Positions 8,942 through 19,307 are shown, counted from the stretch's first letter. The stretch is DNA of 64,000 bases from Anaerolineae bacterium (GCA_027021705.1 JALUTT010000117.1:1-64000); one strand, 5' to 3'. Program-made: numbers and translations. The notes: generated by a model not told the origin, from the letters alone.

Positions 8942-9866
8942 GCTCGATCCTCACCAGATCAGCGGCCAGGCGGGTGGATCGCTCTTCCGGGTCGCGGTAG
9001 GGCTGCTCCCGCAGCCGGGTGAGGAAGTCCAGGGTGCAGCGTTCCGGCGGGGAGAGGGGAGCCCGGCTGTTCCCGGCCAGGTAGAGGCGGGGGGCTTGGA
9101 AGGCCGGGTGGATCTCGGCCAGGGCGGGGAGTTCCCGCCCATCCCAGCGAATCCGGCTGGCGTAGATGCCCGGAGCGGGCAGGAGGCGCTCCGGCCAGAC
9201 CTGAAGCTCCCAGACCAAGAGGGAAGAGGGGGCATCGTCGGCACCGGCCAGAACCTTCGCCCCCACGGCGGGGGATGGATTCAAGGGTGTGCCGGTGATC
9301 TGGAAGGGATGGCCCAGGCAGCGGGCCGCGTCGTCCAGGTCCCCCTCTCTCAGGGCCTGCCGGATGCGGTTGCTGCTGATCACGCGCCCCTCCGCTTCCA
9401 AGGGGGGGATGGCGTGCACGGAGAAGCGGTGGCGTTCACCGGCCCGGCGCAGGTAGGCCAGGTCGCCCTCTCGGCGGTACCCCAACGCGAAGTCTTGTCC
9501 TACCCACAGGGACGCCATGTGCAGGTGGCGCACCAGGGCGGCCACAAAGTCGGCTGCGCGGATGCGGGCCGTCTCCGGCGTGAAGGTCACCAACACCGTC
9601 AGGTCCACACCCAGCGCCTCCAGATGGGCCAGGCGTTCCTCGAGGGTGAGGAGGTAGAAGGGCGGCGTGGCTTCCCCCAGGACGATGGCCGGATGGGGAA
9701 AGAAGGTGACGACGACCGCTAGGCGGTCGGCCTGCCGAGCATCTCGGACCATCTGCCCGATCAGGTAGCGATGGCCCCGATGAAGGCCGTCGAAGACCCC
9801 AATGGTGACGCTGGACGCCCGGTCCAGCCCGACCTGACGGAAGTCGTGGACGACACGCATCATCAT
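8934..9866 (-). CDS. ribF: RibF-like FAD synthetase with degenerate riboflavin-kinase domain
   Basis: TIGVFDGLHRGH, GQDFALG, ISSNRIR; follows truB; kinase PTAN and E-x-H motifs not seen. Confidence 0.8.
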   Translation of the reverse strand: MMMRVVHDFRQVGLDRASSVTIGVFDGLHRGHRYLIGQMVRDARQADRLAVVVTFFPHPAIVLGEATPPFYLLTLEERLAHLEALGVDLTVLVTFTPETARIRAADFVAALVRHLHMASLWVGQDFALGYRREGDLAYLRRAGERHRFSVHAIPPLEAEGRVISSNRIRQALREGDLDDAARCLGHPFQITGTPLNPSPAVGAKVLAGADDAPSSLLVWELQVWPERLLPAPGIYASRIRWDGRELPALAEIHPAFQAPRLYLAGNSRAPLSPPERCTLDFLTRLREQPYRDPEERSTRLAADLVRIEHG

Positions 9867-10756
9867 CAGTTCAGGGGGAGGAAGACCTTGTGAGGTCGCC
9901 AGCGGTCGGTGACCGGATCGTAACGGAGAAGGGCCAGCAGCCGTCCTGCAGGGTCGTAGGCCCTGCAGAGCCCCTCAGGACTGGGTGGCGCGACGTGACC
10001 TTCCACCGAGCGCCCGGAGCGAATCCGATGGCTATCCTGCTCGCTCAGGGCGACAGCCGGGAAGGTCTCCAAGGCAGCGTCTAGGGGATAGAGCAGGGTC
10101 TCCAGGCGACCATCCCGCGCCGCCTGAGCCACTTCCTCCAGGCTAACCGCTTCGTCCAAGGTGAAACGCCCGCTGGCCAGGCGGGTCAAAGCGGCCAAGT
10201 GGCCACCGCATCCCAGCCGCTCCCCCAGGTCGTGGGCCAGGGAGCGGATGTAAGTGCCCGGCGAACAGGTGACCGTCAGCGTCAGGTCAGGGGGAGACCA
10301 GTCCTCAATGAAGAGGTCGAAGACTTCAACGGTGCGGGCCGGGCGCTCCACCGTAATACCGCGTCGGGCCAGCTTGTAGAGGGGCTGGCCATCCCGCTTG
10401 AGGGCCGAGTACATCGGCGGCACCTGCTGGATGCGCCCTCGAAACCGGGCCAAGGTTGCCCGGATCTGCTCCAGGTCCATCTCCACAGGGCGGGTCTCCA
10501 GGACTTCGCCCTCGGCGTCGTAGGTATCCGTGGTGACCCCCAGACGGACGACGGCCCGATAGACCTTGTGGCCGGCCATCAGGTACTCGGTTACCCGGGT
10601 CGCCTTGCCCAGGCAGACCAGAAGGACGCCGGTGGCCATCGGATCGAGGGTGCCAGCGTGCCCTACGCGCCGCACCTGGCTCCACCGTCTGATCCGGTCC
10701 ACGACATCGTGGGAAGTCAACCCCTTGGGTTTATCAATGTTCAGAATGCCGTCCAT
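9866..10756 (-). CDS. truB: tRNA pseudouridine-55 synthase
   Basis: GILNIDKP, GHAGTLDPMATG, PPMYSALK, GTYIRSL. Confidence 0.97.
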   Translation of the reverse strand: MDGILNIDKPKGLTSHDVVDRIRRWSQVRRVGHAGTLDPMATGVLLVCLGKATRVTEYLMAGHKVYRAVVRLGVTTDTYDAEGEVLETRPVEMDLEQIRATLARFRGRIQQVPPMYSALKRDGQPLYKLARRGITVERPARTVEVFDLFIEDWSPPDLTLTVTCSPGTYIRSLAHDLGERLGCGGHLAALTRLASGRFTLDEAVSLEEVAQAARDGRLETLLYPLDAALETFPAVALSEQDSHRIRSGRSVEGHVAPPSPEGLCRAYDPAGRLLALLRYDPVTDRWRPHKVFLPLN

Positions 10757-11741
10757 CTTCCTGCTCAGCCAGGGCAGCCCGTAACAAGGGCAGGACTCGC
10801 GCCTTGGCAGCCTCCAGAGAGCCGTTCAGGGTACAGCCGGCGGCCGCCGGATGCCCTCCCCCGCCCAGGCGGAGGGCAACGCCGGAGACATCGTAGCCGG
10901 GCGCGGCCCGCATGCTGATCTCCACCCGTCCATCCTTGGCCTCTTTGAAGACTGCCGCGATGCGGATCTCTTCCGCACTAATGAGGCGGCCAACGAGGCC
11001 AGCGTCGCTATCCCCCTGATACCCAGTGGCCTCTCGGTCGGCCAGGCGCACCTCGCTCCAGGCCAGGTGCCCCTCTACCTGCATGCGGCTCAGCCCCACC
11101 GCCAGCAGCCGCAGCGCGGAGAGGGGCTGTTCGACCAGCCCCCGTTGGACGATGGTGTAGAGGGAGGCTCCGGCCCGGATGAGCCGCAGGGCGATCTCCA
11201 TCACCTGAGGCGTCACGTTGGCCGTGCGGAAGGCCAGCGTGTCGGTCACGAGGCCGGTCAGCAGGCAGGTGGCCAGAGGGACGTCCAGGGGCACAGACAG
11301 CCGTTGGACCAATTCGTAGATGATCTGGGTGGTAGAGGCTGCCGTGGGGACCACCAAGTTGACGGTCCCGAAATTCAGGTTGGTGACGTGGTGATCAATG
11401 TTGAGCAGGGGCAGGGAGGCCAGGCGGTCAGCGTCGTAGACCTGGCCCATCCGTTCCCTGTCGCTGCAATCGAGGCTGATCACCAGGTCGAAGGAGCCCT
11501 CTGGGACCTCCGAGACCACCTCCTGGTGGTGGGGCAGGTAGTGGAAACGAGTGGGCACCGGGTCCTGACAGGCCAGGGTGGGCCGCCGCCCCAACGCTTT
11601 CAGGAGCAACCCCATCGCCAACAGGCTCCCCACGGCGTCACCATCGGGAGAGCGGTGGGTGATGACCAGGGGGGAACGCCCCTGTTGCAGAGCACGCAGC
11701 GCCTCATTCCACGGGAGGGATGTTGTCTTCGATGTCTTCAT
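10734..11741 (-). CDS. nrnA: DHH/DHHA1 phosphoesterase (NrnA-like nanoRNase/pAp phosphatase)
   Basis: HRSPDGDAVGS, NIDHH, TDT, GGGHPAAAG; between rbfA and truB; start chosen at MKTSK. Confidence 0.88.
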   Translation of the reverse strand: MKTSKTTSLPWNEALRALQQGRSPLVITHRSPDGDAVGSLLAMGLLLKALGRRPTLACQDPVPTRFHYLPHHQEVVSEVPEGSFDLVISLDCSDRERMGQVYDADRLASLPLLNIDHHVTNLNFGTVNLVVPTAASTTQIIYELVQRLSVPLDVPLATCLLTGLVTDTLAFRTANVTPQVMEIALRLIRAGASLYTIVQRGLVEQPLSALRLLAVGLSRMQVEGHLAWSEVRLADREATGYQGDSDAGLVGRLISAEEIRIAAVFKEAKDGRVEISMRAAPGYDVSGVALRLGGGGHPAAAGCTLNGSLEAAKARVLPLLRAALAEQEDGRHSEH

Positions 11742-12108
11742 CGGCTTCTGCCTCGGTCGAGGGGCTCGTGGCTTCGATCTGGCTGAGGAGCTGATCAATG
11801 CGTTCCCCGTATTCCAGCGAGGGGTCCCAGTGGAAGACGAGCTCCGGGGTGTGACGCAGGCGAAGGCGTGCGCCCACCTCCCGGCGCAGCCAGCCGGCCG
11901 CGCTCCGAAGACCGGCCATGATCTCCTCGCGGGCCTCCAAATCGCCCAGGGCGGTCACATAGACATCGGCCCGCATCGTATCGGGCGTCACCTCGACCCC
12001 TGTTACCGTCACGCCCTGGAGCCGAGGATCGTTGACCTTTGTACCCAGCAGGTCCGTCAGATTGATCTGGATCAGTTCCGACACACGACGACGATATTTC
12101 TTCCCCAT
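11704..12108 (-). CDS. rbfA: Ribosome-binding factor A
   Basis: DPRL..VTVT.V.VTPD...A.VY, LRHTPELVFHWD; follows infB. Confidence 0.95.
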   Translation of the reverse strand: MGKKYRRRVSELIQINLTDLLGTKVNDPRLQGVTVTGVEVTPDTMRADVYVTALGDLEAREEIMAGLRSAAGWLRREVGARLRLRHTPELVFHWDPSLEYGERIDQLLSQIEATSPSTEAEADEDIEDNIPPVE

Positions 12109-12167
12109 CGTTCCCCTTTACAACGCTCCTCCGAGATCAGTCCACGACGACGTCGGAAAGAGAACGG

Positions 12168-12289
12168 GTAACCGTTCACCCTCCCGCAGGTTAGGCGCGT
12201 TTCCGACTCGAAACCGTGTTTCAAATAGCCCATCGGGGCTGAAAGCGCCCTCGACCGGTGACCTGCGGGAGGGTAGGCTGAATAGATAC
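12168..12289 (+). mobile_element. Miniature inverted-repeat element, type A copy 1
   Basis: 97-bp core 12178-12274 with perfect 14-bp IR ACCCTCCCGCAGGT/ACCTGCGGGAGGGT; outer imperfect IR GTAACCGTTCA...TGAATAGATAC; five other copies in the window. Confidence 0.85.
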
Positions 12290-12369
12290 GAGAACAGGAA
12301 GGAGCCTCGGCGGCTTCGGTGAGGCAAAGCAGAAGGCCCTTTCCCCCTCCCGGTTGGGACCTACAGGCC

Positions 12370-14187
12370 CTAAACAGGTTCACCTTCCCGCCGCTTCTCG
12401 TAGAACTCGATGATGTCCCCTTCCTGGAAATCCTCGAAACCGGCCAGCCGCACGCCGCACTCGAAGCCGGTCCGTACCTCGCGGACGTCTTCCTGGTACC
12501 GCTTCAGAGAGGCGACCTCGGTGTCGGCGATCACCTCCTGGTTGCGGACGACCCGCGCCCGAGCGTTGCGCCGGATGACGCCGGCCCGGACGTAGCAGCC
12601 CGCCACCACGCCCACCCGGGGGATGCGGAAGGTAGCCCGCACCTCGGCCTCGCCGATGACCACGTCCACGTAGGTGGGCTCCAGCAGGCCGTAGAGGGCC
12701 ATCTCGACATCCTCGATGAGCTTGTAGATGATGTCGTAGGTGCGGATGTCCACCCCTTCGCTGTCGGCCATCTTGCGGGCCGCCGTGTCCACCCCTACCT
12801 GGAAGCCGATGATGATCGCCTGGGAGGCCGCGGCCAGCATCACGTCGGACTCGGTGATCTCGCCGGGGGCGGCGTGGATGATCTCCAGCTTCAACTCCTC
12901 GCTCTCCAGCTTGCGCAGGGAGTTGATGATGGGCTCCAGAGTTCCCTGAACGTCGGCCTTGACGATGAGGTTCAGCCGCTTGACCTCGCCGGCGCGGAAC
13001 TGGGCGTAAATATCCTCTAGGCTCAGGGCGGGCCGGGTTTCCACCTGAGTCTCGGCCTCTTTGCGCTCCTCCGCCATCGCCCGGGCGAGTTTCTCGTTGG
13101 CGACAACCTCGAAGATGGTCCCGGCAACGGGGACCTCGGAGAGCCCCAGGATCGAGACCGGTGTGGAGGGCGGGGCGGCTTTGATGCGCTTGCCCCGAAA
13201 GTCGAACATCGCCCGCACCCTGCCGTAGGCGGTCCCGGCCAGGACGACGTCGCCCACCCGCAGCGTGCCGTTTTGCACCAGGAGCGTGGCAACGACCCCC
13301 CGGCTCCTCTCCAGCCCCCCTTCGATCACGGTGCCCTGGGCCGGGCGGTCGGGGTTGGCGACGATGGTCTCCATCGAGTCGGCCACCAGGAGGATCGCCT
13401 CCAGCAGGTCCTCCAGCCCCACCTTCTCCTTGGCCGAGGTCTGGATGATCAGCGTATCGCCCCCCCACTCGTCGGGGACCAGGCCCAGGTCGGCCAATTC
13501 CTGCTTCACCCGCTCCGGGTTGGCACTGGGCAGGTCAATCTTGTTCAACGCCACGATCACGGGGACCCGCGCCGCCCGGGCATGGGCCAGCGCTTCCTTG
13601 GTCTGAGGCATCACCCCGTCGTCGGCAGCGACGACCAAGATGGCGATGTCGGCCCCCTGGGCCCCCCGGGCCCGCATGGCGGTGAAGGCTTCGTGGCCTG
13701 GGGTGTCCAGGAAGGTAATCAGACGATCTTTGTGCTTGACCTGGTAGGCCCCCATATGCTGGGTGATCCCTCCGGCCTCGCTGGCGAAGACGTTGGTGCC
13801 CCGGATGGCGTCCAGCAGCGAGGTTTTCCCGTGGTCCACGTGGCCCAGCATCGTGACCACCGGCGGTCGAGGGCGCAGCTTGGCCGGGTCCTCCTGGGCG
13901 TAGAAGCGCTCCCACAGCGGGCCGGGGGCAGCCTCCTCTTCCGCTTTGGCCTTGGCGGCCAGCTCTGCCAGGGAGACGGGTTCGTAACCGAACTCGGCGA
14001 CGACGATGGCGGCCGTCTCGTAATCAATCTGCTGGTTGATGCTGGCCATGATCCCATTGCTCATCAGCTCTTTGATGACGTCAATGGGACTGACGCCGAT
14101 CAGGGTGGCCAGCTCCCGCACCGTGATGATGTTGGGGAGTTCCACCACCTTTTGTTTTTGCTCAAGTACGGCCTCATCCGTTCCCAT
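12370..14187 (-). CDS. infB: Translation initiation factor IF-2 (short form)
   Basis: [38 protein letters not shown] before ATG 14187. Confidence 0.98.
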   Translation of the reverse strand: MGTDEAVLEQKQKVVELPNIITVRELATLIGVSPIDVIKELMSNGIMASINQQIDYETAAIVVAEFGYEPVSLAELAAKAKAEEEAAPGPLWERFYAQEDPAKLRPRPPVVTMLGHVDHGKTSLLDAIRGTNVFASEAGGITQHMGAYQVKHKDRLITFLDTPGHEAFTAMRARGAQGADIAILVVAADDGVMPQTKEALAHARAARVPVIVALNKIDLPSANPERVKQELADLGLVPDEWGGDTLIIQTSAKEKVGLEDLLEAILLVADSMETIVANPDRPAQGTVIEGGLERSRGVVATLLVQNGTLRVGDVVLAGTAYGRVRAMFDFRGKRIKAAPPSTPVSILGLSEVPVAGTIFEVVANEKLARAMAEERKEAETQVETRPALSLEDIYAQFRAGEVKRLNLIVKADVQGTLEPIINSLRKLESEELKLEIIHAAPGEITESDVMLAAASQAIIIGFQVGVDTAARKMADSEGVDIRTYDIIYKLIEDVEMALYGLLEPTYVDVVIGEAEVRATFRIPRVGVVAGCYVRAGVIRRNARARVVRNQEVIADTEVASLKRYQEDVREVRTGFECGVRLAGFEDFQEGDIIEFYEKRREGEPV

Positions 14188-14252
14188 CGGCACCTCCTAA
14201 CGTAGCACCCGAAAAACCATAGGGAAAAAGTAGGCGCGTCGCGCCTCGCCTT

Positions 14253-14609
14253 TCACGCTTCCCGTTCCACCTGCTCCGCACTGCGGGTTGTGTGTTCCCC
14301 TTCCTTCTCACCGGGAAGTTCCTGGGGGAGTTCCTGGGCATAGGCTCGCAACATCTCGCGCTCGGCATCGGTCAAGGTGGTCCGCAGGGCGTGGGCCAGG
14401 GCCCGCCGTTTCAACGCCGTCTCCCAGCAGGAGCGTCGCCGGCAGAGGTAGGCCCCTCGCCCTGCTGCCTTGCCGGTCTCATCCACCCGAACGCCCTCAG
14501 GCGAGCGGACGATGCGCACCATCTGGCGCTTGGGCTGCACCGTCCGACAGCCCACACAGGTGCGCTGGGGGATGTGCTTTCGCCGGCCGGGACGCTTCTT
14601 CTTGGCCAC
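14253..14609 (-). CDS. ylxR: YlxR/RnpM family RNA-binding protein
   Basis: PQRTCVGCR, GRGAYLC; between nusA and infB. Confidence 0.93.
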   Translation of the reverse strand: MAKKKRPGRRKHIPQRTCVGCRTVQPKRQMVRIVRSPEGVRVDETGKAAGRGAYLCRRRSCWETALKRRALAHALRTTLTDAEREMLRAYAQELPQELPGEKEGEHTTRSAEQVEREA

Positions 14610-14673
14610 AAGACCTCCTTCCCGACAGGGCTGTTGGAACCTCGCCTCTCCGCCCTTCCCTCCGCGGACTCCT

Positions 14674-16278
14674 TTACTCAGGCTCAGAGGCCGCTTCCGC
14701 TTCGGCAGCGGCAGGCTCTTCCGTGGGCATGGCCCCCAGGACCTCCAGGCGGTCCTTGATCTCGGCCAGCCCCTTGGCCCCGATACCGTTGATGCGCAGC
14801 AGCCCCTCGTCGCCCTCTACCAGCCGCTCGTAGATCTGGCCCACATTCTCGATCCCCGCCTTCTCCAGGTGGCTCTGGACGCGGGTGGGGAGCTCCAGGA
14901 CGCTGAGGGGAAGCTGGTAGGCGATCTCCGGGATACGGGCCAGTGCCTCCTCGCGGGCCGCCTCCCGTTTCCGCTCCGCCTCGCGGGCCTCGGCCTCGGC
15001 GGGTTCGACCTCTTCTTCCTTCTCCTCAACGGGGGGCAGTTCCTTGCCCGCTTCCTGCAAGCGGGTCCGGTATTCGTGGACCGCTTCGATGATCTCCCGC
15101 AGCAGTCGGAGTTCTTCTGGGGCGTAAGGGACCTTGGCCTCCTGGTGACGGGCCAGGATGGCTTGGGCGGTGGGCAGGTAGTCGGCCGCGTCCCCCAACA
15201 CCTCGCGGGGGTCCGTCCTCTCCAGGAGGGCCAGGGCCTCGGCCAGGACCTCGGTCACGCTCTTGATGTCAATGCGCCAGCCGGTCAACTTCGCCGCCAG
15301 CCGAGCGTTCTGCCCCTCCCGCCCGATGGCCAGGGAGAGTTGGTCGTCCGGCACGATGACGGAGGCGGTTCGCCCTTCCTCCAGGAAGACGGTGAGCACG
15401 CGGGCCGGGCTCAGGGCGTTGGCGATGAAGACGGCCGTCTCGGGGTGCCACTCGATGACGTCAATCTTCTCGCCTCCCAGCTCGTTGACGATGGACTGAA
15501 TGCGGATGCCCCGCATGCCCACGCAGGAGCCCACCGGGTCCACGCCGGGCTGGTTAGCGGCCACGGCGACCTTGGAGCGGGCGCCGGCCTCCCGGGCGAT
15601 GGCCTTGATCTCCACGGTGCCGTTGTAGATCTCCGGCACCTCCAGCTCCAACAGCCGGCGCAGCATGTTCTTGTGGCTGCGGGAGACGATGATCTGGGGG
15701 CCGCGGCTGGTGCGCCGGACCTCCAGGACGTAGGCCCGCACCCGCTGGTGGATGGTGTACCGCTCCCCCGGCACCTGCTGGCTGCGCGGCAGGATCGCTT
15801 CCGTCCGCCCCAGGTTCAGGCTCACGTGGGTCGGCGTGATGCTCTGGACCGTCCCGTTGATGAGCTCGCCCTCACGCTCGGAGAAATCCTCGAAGAGAGC
15901 TTCGCGTTCTGCCTCTCGGATCCGCTGCAGGATGACCTGCTTGGCGGTTTGGGCGGCAATGCGCCCGAAGTCTCGAGGGGTGCTCTCCACCATCACCGTT
16001 GAGCCGATCTCCGCTTCAGGATCAATGCGTCGGGCCTCTTCCAGGCTGATCTCGTCCCGTCCATCCTGGACCTCAGCGACGACCTTCTTCTCGACGTAGA
16101 TGGTTGCCTTGCCCGACTTCTCGTCAATCTCAGCGATCACGTTCTGAGCAGCGCTGGCACCCACGTTGCGACGATAGGCGGAGACCAGCGCGGTCTTCAG
16201 AGCATCCAGCACCACCTCGCGGGGCAGACCTCGTTCAGCGCAGATTTGGTTGAAGGCCAACATAAACTCGCTTTTCAT
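14674..16278 (-). CDS. nusA: Transcription factor NusA with C-terminal HhH/alpha-CTD-like extension
   Basis: [49 protein letters not shown]. Confidence 0.97.
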   Translation of the reverse strand: MKSEFMLAFNQICAERGLPREVVLDALKTALVSAYRRNVGASAAQNVIAEIDEKSGKATIYVEKKVVAEVQDGRDEISLEEARRIDPEAEIGSTVMVESTPRDFGRIAAQTAKQVILQRIREAEREALFEDFSEREGELINGTVQSITPTHVSLNLGRTEAILPRSQQVPGERYTIHQRVRAYVLEVRRTSRGPQIIVSRSHKNMLRRLLELEVPEIYNGTVEIKAIAREAGARSKVAVAANQPGVDPVGSCVGMRGIRIQSIVNELGGEKIDVIEWHPETAVFIANALSPARVLTVFLEEGRTASVIVPDDQLSLAIGREGQNARLAAKLTGWRIDIKSVTEVLAEALALLERTDPREVLGDAADYLPTAQAILARHQEAKVPYAPEELRLLREIIEAVHEYRTRLQEAGKELPPVEEKEEEVEPAEAEAREAERKREAAREEALARIPEIAYQLPLSVLELPTRVQSHLEKAGIENVGQIYERLVEGDEGLLRINGIGAKGLAEIKDRLEVLGAMPTEEPAAAEAEAASEPE

Positions 16279-16330
16279 CGCACACTTCCACCCTTCTGGC
16301 GATGATAGAGACGTGACAACCGCCGTTCAT

Positions 16331-16359
16331 AAAAGAAAAGTGGGGGACGCCCACTTTTC
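16331..16359 (-). terminator. rimP-leader-like attenuator hairpin upstream of nusA
   Basis: Minus strand GAAAAGTGGG-CGTCC-CCCACTTTTC-TTTT, resembling the conserved rimP-nusA-infB leader terminator. Confidence 0.7.
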
Positions 16360-16385
16360 CTCGTGCACTTCTATACCCGACTCAT

Positions 16386-16414
16386 ATTATAGCACGGTCG
16401 GCCCAAACGTGCAA
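16386..16414 (-). promoter_or_regulatory. sigma70 promoter of the nusA operon
   Basis: TTGCAC-17nt-TATAAT with TG extended -10. Confidence 0.7.
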
Positions 16415-16426
16415 GGAAAGAAACTG

Positions 16427-16581
16427 CGGTGATTACCCACAAGTGAGCGAGAGAGTGGTCCGTAGCAGGCCGTCCACGAATTTCTCACCAATGCACGAAT
16501 GGGGCGGTCCTTAATTCGTGTATTCGTGCCCCATTCGTGGACGGCTGGTCTCCCTATCTCCAAAGATATGGGTAATCACCG
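16427..16581 (+). mobile_element. Miniature inverted-repeat element, type D copy 1 (complete)
   Basis: 13-bp TIR CGGTGATTACCCA/TGGGTAATCACCG with inner hairpin GCCGTCCACGAAT...ATTCGTGGACGGC; partial copies at 44290 and 54099. Confidence 0.8.
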
Positions 16582-16651
16582 GAAGAAACCCCGATGTTCC
16601 CCATATCTCGGGGGTGGGGAGGCTGAACCGCCCGGCGGAGGCCGGTTTCCC

Positions 16652-16680
16652 TTGACCTTCTCTTCCTTTGATGATAGACT
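16652..16680 (+). promoter_or_regulatory. Candidate promoter of dGTPase gene
   Basis: TTGACC-17nt-TAGACT with TG extended -10. Confidence 0.45.
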
Positions 16681-16726
16681 CAGAGGGCCGTGATCACCCG
16701 TCAGACAGGAGGGAGGGAACGGGGCG

Positions 16727-17878
16727 ATGTTCCGCACACGAGAGGAAATGGAAGCTATCGAGGCGCAGGTGCTGGCCCCCTATGGGTTCAAGAGCCGTGA
16801 CTCGCGGGGCCGCGTCTACCCGGAGGAGGAGCACCCCTACCGCACCGTCTTCCAGCGGGATCGGGATCGGATCCTCCACACCACGGCCTTCCGTCGGCTG
16901 GAGTACAAGACCCAGGTCTTCGTCTACTACGAGGGAGACTACTACCGCACCCGCTTGACCCACACGCTGGAGGTGGCCCAGATCGGGCGCACCATCGCCC
17001 GGGCTCTGGGGGCCAACGAGGACCTGACCGAGGCGATCTGCCTGGTCCACGACCTGGGACACCCCCCCTTCGGCCACTCGGGCGAGACTGCGCTGGCCCG
17101 GTTGATGGCCGACTACGGCGGATTCGACCACAACAGACAGGCGCTGCGTATCGTGGACAAGCTGGAACGCCGCTACCCCGACTTTCCCGGCCTCAACCTG
17201 AGCTGGGAAGTACGCGAGGGGATCGTGAAGCACGAGACGGAGTACGACGTCAGTTCCGCCGAGGGGTTTGAGCCGGAGAAGCGGGGGACGCTGGAGGCTC
17301 AGATCGCCAACGCGGCGGACGAGATCGCCTACAACGCCCACGATCTGGACGACGGGCTGCGGGCGGGCCTCTTCTCTCACCAGGAACTGAACGGGCTGCT
17401 CTGGTGGGAAGCCCTCAAGGAAAGCATCGGCTGGGACGGACGCCACTTCAGCGAGTTGCTCCGCCACCGGATCATCCGCCGGCTCATCGGCCTGCTGGTG
17501 ACCGATGTGGTGGCCGAGACGGCGCAGCGGATTGCGGCGGCCGGCGTGGATTCGGTGGCCTCACTCCAGGCGCTGCCTGAGAACGTCGTCGCCTTCTCGC
17601 CGGAGGTGGAAGCCCGCAACCGGGAACTCAAGGACTTCCTGTTCAACCGGATGTACCGCCACTACCGGGTGGTGCGGATGCAGACGAAGGCGGAGCGGAT
17701 CATCAGCGAACTCTTCCACGCCTACGTCAGCGAGCCGGCCCAACTCCCCGACTCCACCCGGCGCCGGCTGGCCGACACGGAACTCCACCGGGTGGTTTGC
17801 GACTACATCGCAGGTATGACCGACCGCTACGCGCTGGACGAGTACGCCAAGCTCTTCGATCCCTACCGAAGGGTGTGA
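16727..17878 (+). CDS. dgt: Deoxyguanosinetriphosphate triphosphohydrolase
   Basis: FQRDRDRI, FRRLEYKTQVF, RTRLTHTLEV, HDLGHPPFGHSGE, DYIAGMTDRYA. Confidence 0.95.
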   Translation: MFRTREEMEAIEAQVLAPYGFKSRDSRGRVYPEEEHPYRTVFQRDRDRILHTTAFRRLEYKTQVFVYYEGDYYRTRLTHTLEVAQIGRTIARALGANEDLTEAICLVHDLGHPPFGHSGETALARLMADYGGFDHNRQALRIVDKLERRYPDFPGLNLSWEVREGIVKHETEYDVSSAEGFEPEKRGTLEAQIANAADEIAYNAHDLDDGLRAGLFSHQELNGLLWWEALKESIGWDGRHFSELLRHRIIRRLIGLLVTDVVAETAQRIAAAGVDSVASLQALPENVVAFSPEVEARNRELKDFLFNRMYRHYRVVRMQTKAERIISELFHAYVSEPAQLPDSTRRRLADTELHRVVCDYIAGMTDRYALDEYAKLFDPYRRV

Positions 17879-17879
17879 G

Positions 17880-17987
17880 CGATAGTTCGTATAGCGCCTT
17901 GCCACGGGCGAGGATCTCCTGGATAAGAAGATCCCCTCTCGCCAATGCACGCTCGATCTCTTGAGGGGTCTTGGCCAGGATACCCAT
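17880..17987 (-). pseudogene. Fragment resembling the C-terminus of a minimal nucleotidyltransferase (MNT antitoxin)
   Basis: MGILAKTPQEIERALARGDLLIQEILARGKALYE matches the TP.E.....GD..I.EI...GK.LYE tail of MNTs; no GS/DxD N-terminus. Confidence 0.45.
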
Positions 17988-18101
17988 AGAGACCACCTCC
18001 CGGAACGCTAACGCGCCGTTGGCGCGGGCATGCAGCGTCCGCGCTAACGTGGGGCTCAGCGGCAGCGGCGGTGACTGCGAAGCCAAAACTTGTTAAGGAG
18101 T

Positions 18102-18128
18102 GTAGGGGCGACCTGCGGTCGCCCCTAC
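18102..18128. repeat. GTAG-family REP palindrome
   Basis: GTAGGGGCGACC-TGC-GGTCGCCCCTAC. Confidence 0.75.
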
Positions 18129-18175
18129 CCCAACCCTTTTGGTCACACTCTTGTCAAAGTCGGCTTGACGGAGTG

Positions 18176-19177
18176 CTATGCCGCCGCCTCACCTTCCTTC
18201 TGCCAGGCAGCCAACTCCACCACCAGCCGCTCGAAGAAACTGTTGGGCGGCAGGTTCCCGGTCCCGTACTGCATCTCCAGCACCCGAGCCCGGACCCGAA
18301 GCGTCGCCGTCTCCAGATCAATGGTCTGCCCGGGCTGAGCGAGGACCGGCTCCCCCTTGGGGGCCAATTTGGTCCGCAGCCCCTCGTCGTTGTAGGCGTG
18401 ATCGCTCATCAACACCTTGGTCACGGTGCGGATGTCGTTCTTGTCGAAGAGCCAAACCTCGAAAGCGGTGACCTTCTTGGGGTCGCCGACCCCGATGGCC
18501 TCGGAGATGCCGATGCCGCACTCCCCCAGGAACTCCCCCGTCTCCGTCTCAATGCTGAAGGAGGGATCGAAATAGTCGTCCCCCAGCGTGTAGGTCGCCA
18601 CGAACTGGGCCATCGGCTTTTCCGCCTCCCCGGCCCACGCCGTGGGTTGCACCGTGGCGGAGATGGAAGGCTGAGCCCCCGCCGGTCTCGCCCTCCCGCG
18701 GCGCAGGAGGAATAGGTAGCCCCCTCCCCCTACCACCAGGATGAACAACAGGCTCAGCAAACAGATCTGGAGCAAAGGCGAGACTCCTCCTTTCTTGGGA
18801 GGCGGAGGTTGAACAGCCCCGGTGGGGGAGACCTGCAGGTTCAAGGCCTGGGCCAAGTCCTGCAGCCGCTTCACCTCGGCCGGACCGGCCTTGTTCACCA
18901 TCGTCTGGAGGGTCTCTTGCAGCTGGGCGGTGCTCCATCGCTCACCCAAGAGACGCTGTACATCCAGGTTCCGATCGGCAGCGTAGGCGCGGGCGACCAG
19001 GTCCAGGTAAAGTTCCCGATAGCCGGGGTGCAGGTCCACCGGCGCAGCGTTGGTCCACTTCACCGGAAAGACGAGCCATCCCAAGAAGATCCAGCCCAGG
19101 AGCAGGCCCACCAGGAGACCTACCCCGAAGCCTATGAGCGTCTTCCGTCCAATCAGTTCGATGATCAGGCCTACCAC
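18176..19177 (-). CDS. Hypothetical membrane protein (2 hydrophobic segments, soluble C-terminal domain)
   Basis: 333-aa ORF, GAGGTG RBS, host-like codon usage; candidate promoter TTGCTA-17-TACAAT at 19258-19286. Confidence 0.8.
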   Translation of the reverse strand: MVGLIIELIGRKTLIGFGVGLLVGLLLGWIFLGWLVFPVKWTNAAPVDLHPGYRELYLDLVARAYAADRNLDVQRLLGERWSTAQLQETLQTMVNKAGPAEVKRLQDLAQALNLQVSPTGAVQPPPPKKGGVSPLLQICLLSLLFILVVGGGGYLFLLRRGRARPAGAQPSISATVQPTAWAGEAEKPMAQFVATYTLGDDYFDPSFSIETETGEFLGECGIGISEAIGVGDPKKVTAFEVWLFDKNDIRTVTKVLMSDHAYNDEGLRTKLAPKGEPVLAQPGQTIDLETATLRVRARVLEMQYGTGNLPPNSFFERLVVELAAWQKEGEAAA

Positions 19178-19307
19178 GGCGCACCTCGCTTTTCTGTATG
19201 GCGAACGGATGCAGCAGGAGCCTCTGTTGCCGCCAGGGATCCAGCAAACGGTATCCTATTGTATCACAAGCCCGGAGAGATAGCAAGCAGCCTACAAGCT
19301 ATGCATC

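Noticed and set aside
12189..12196. attC site suggested by GTTAGGC in type A
   Set aside because: No matching upstream RYYYAAC box or cassette organisation.
12178..12274. Hammerhead ribozyme in the type A element (stem-GAAA-stem three-way junction)
   Set aside because: No CUGANGA core and no correctly placed UH cleavage site on either strand.
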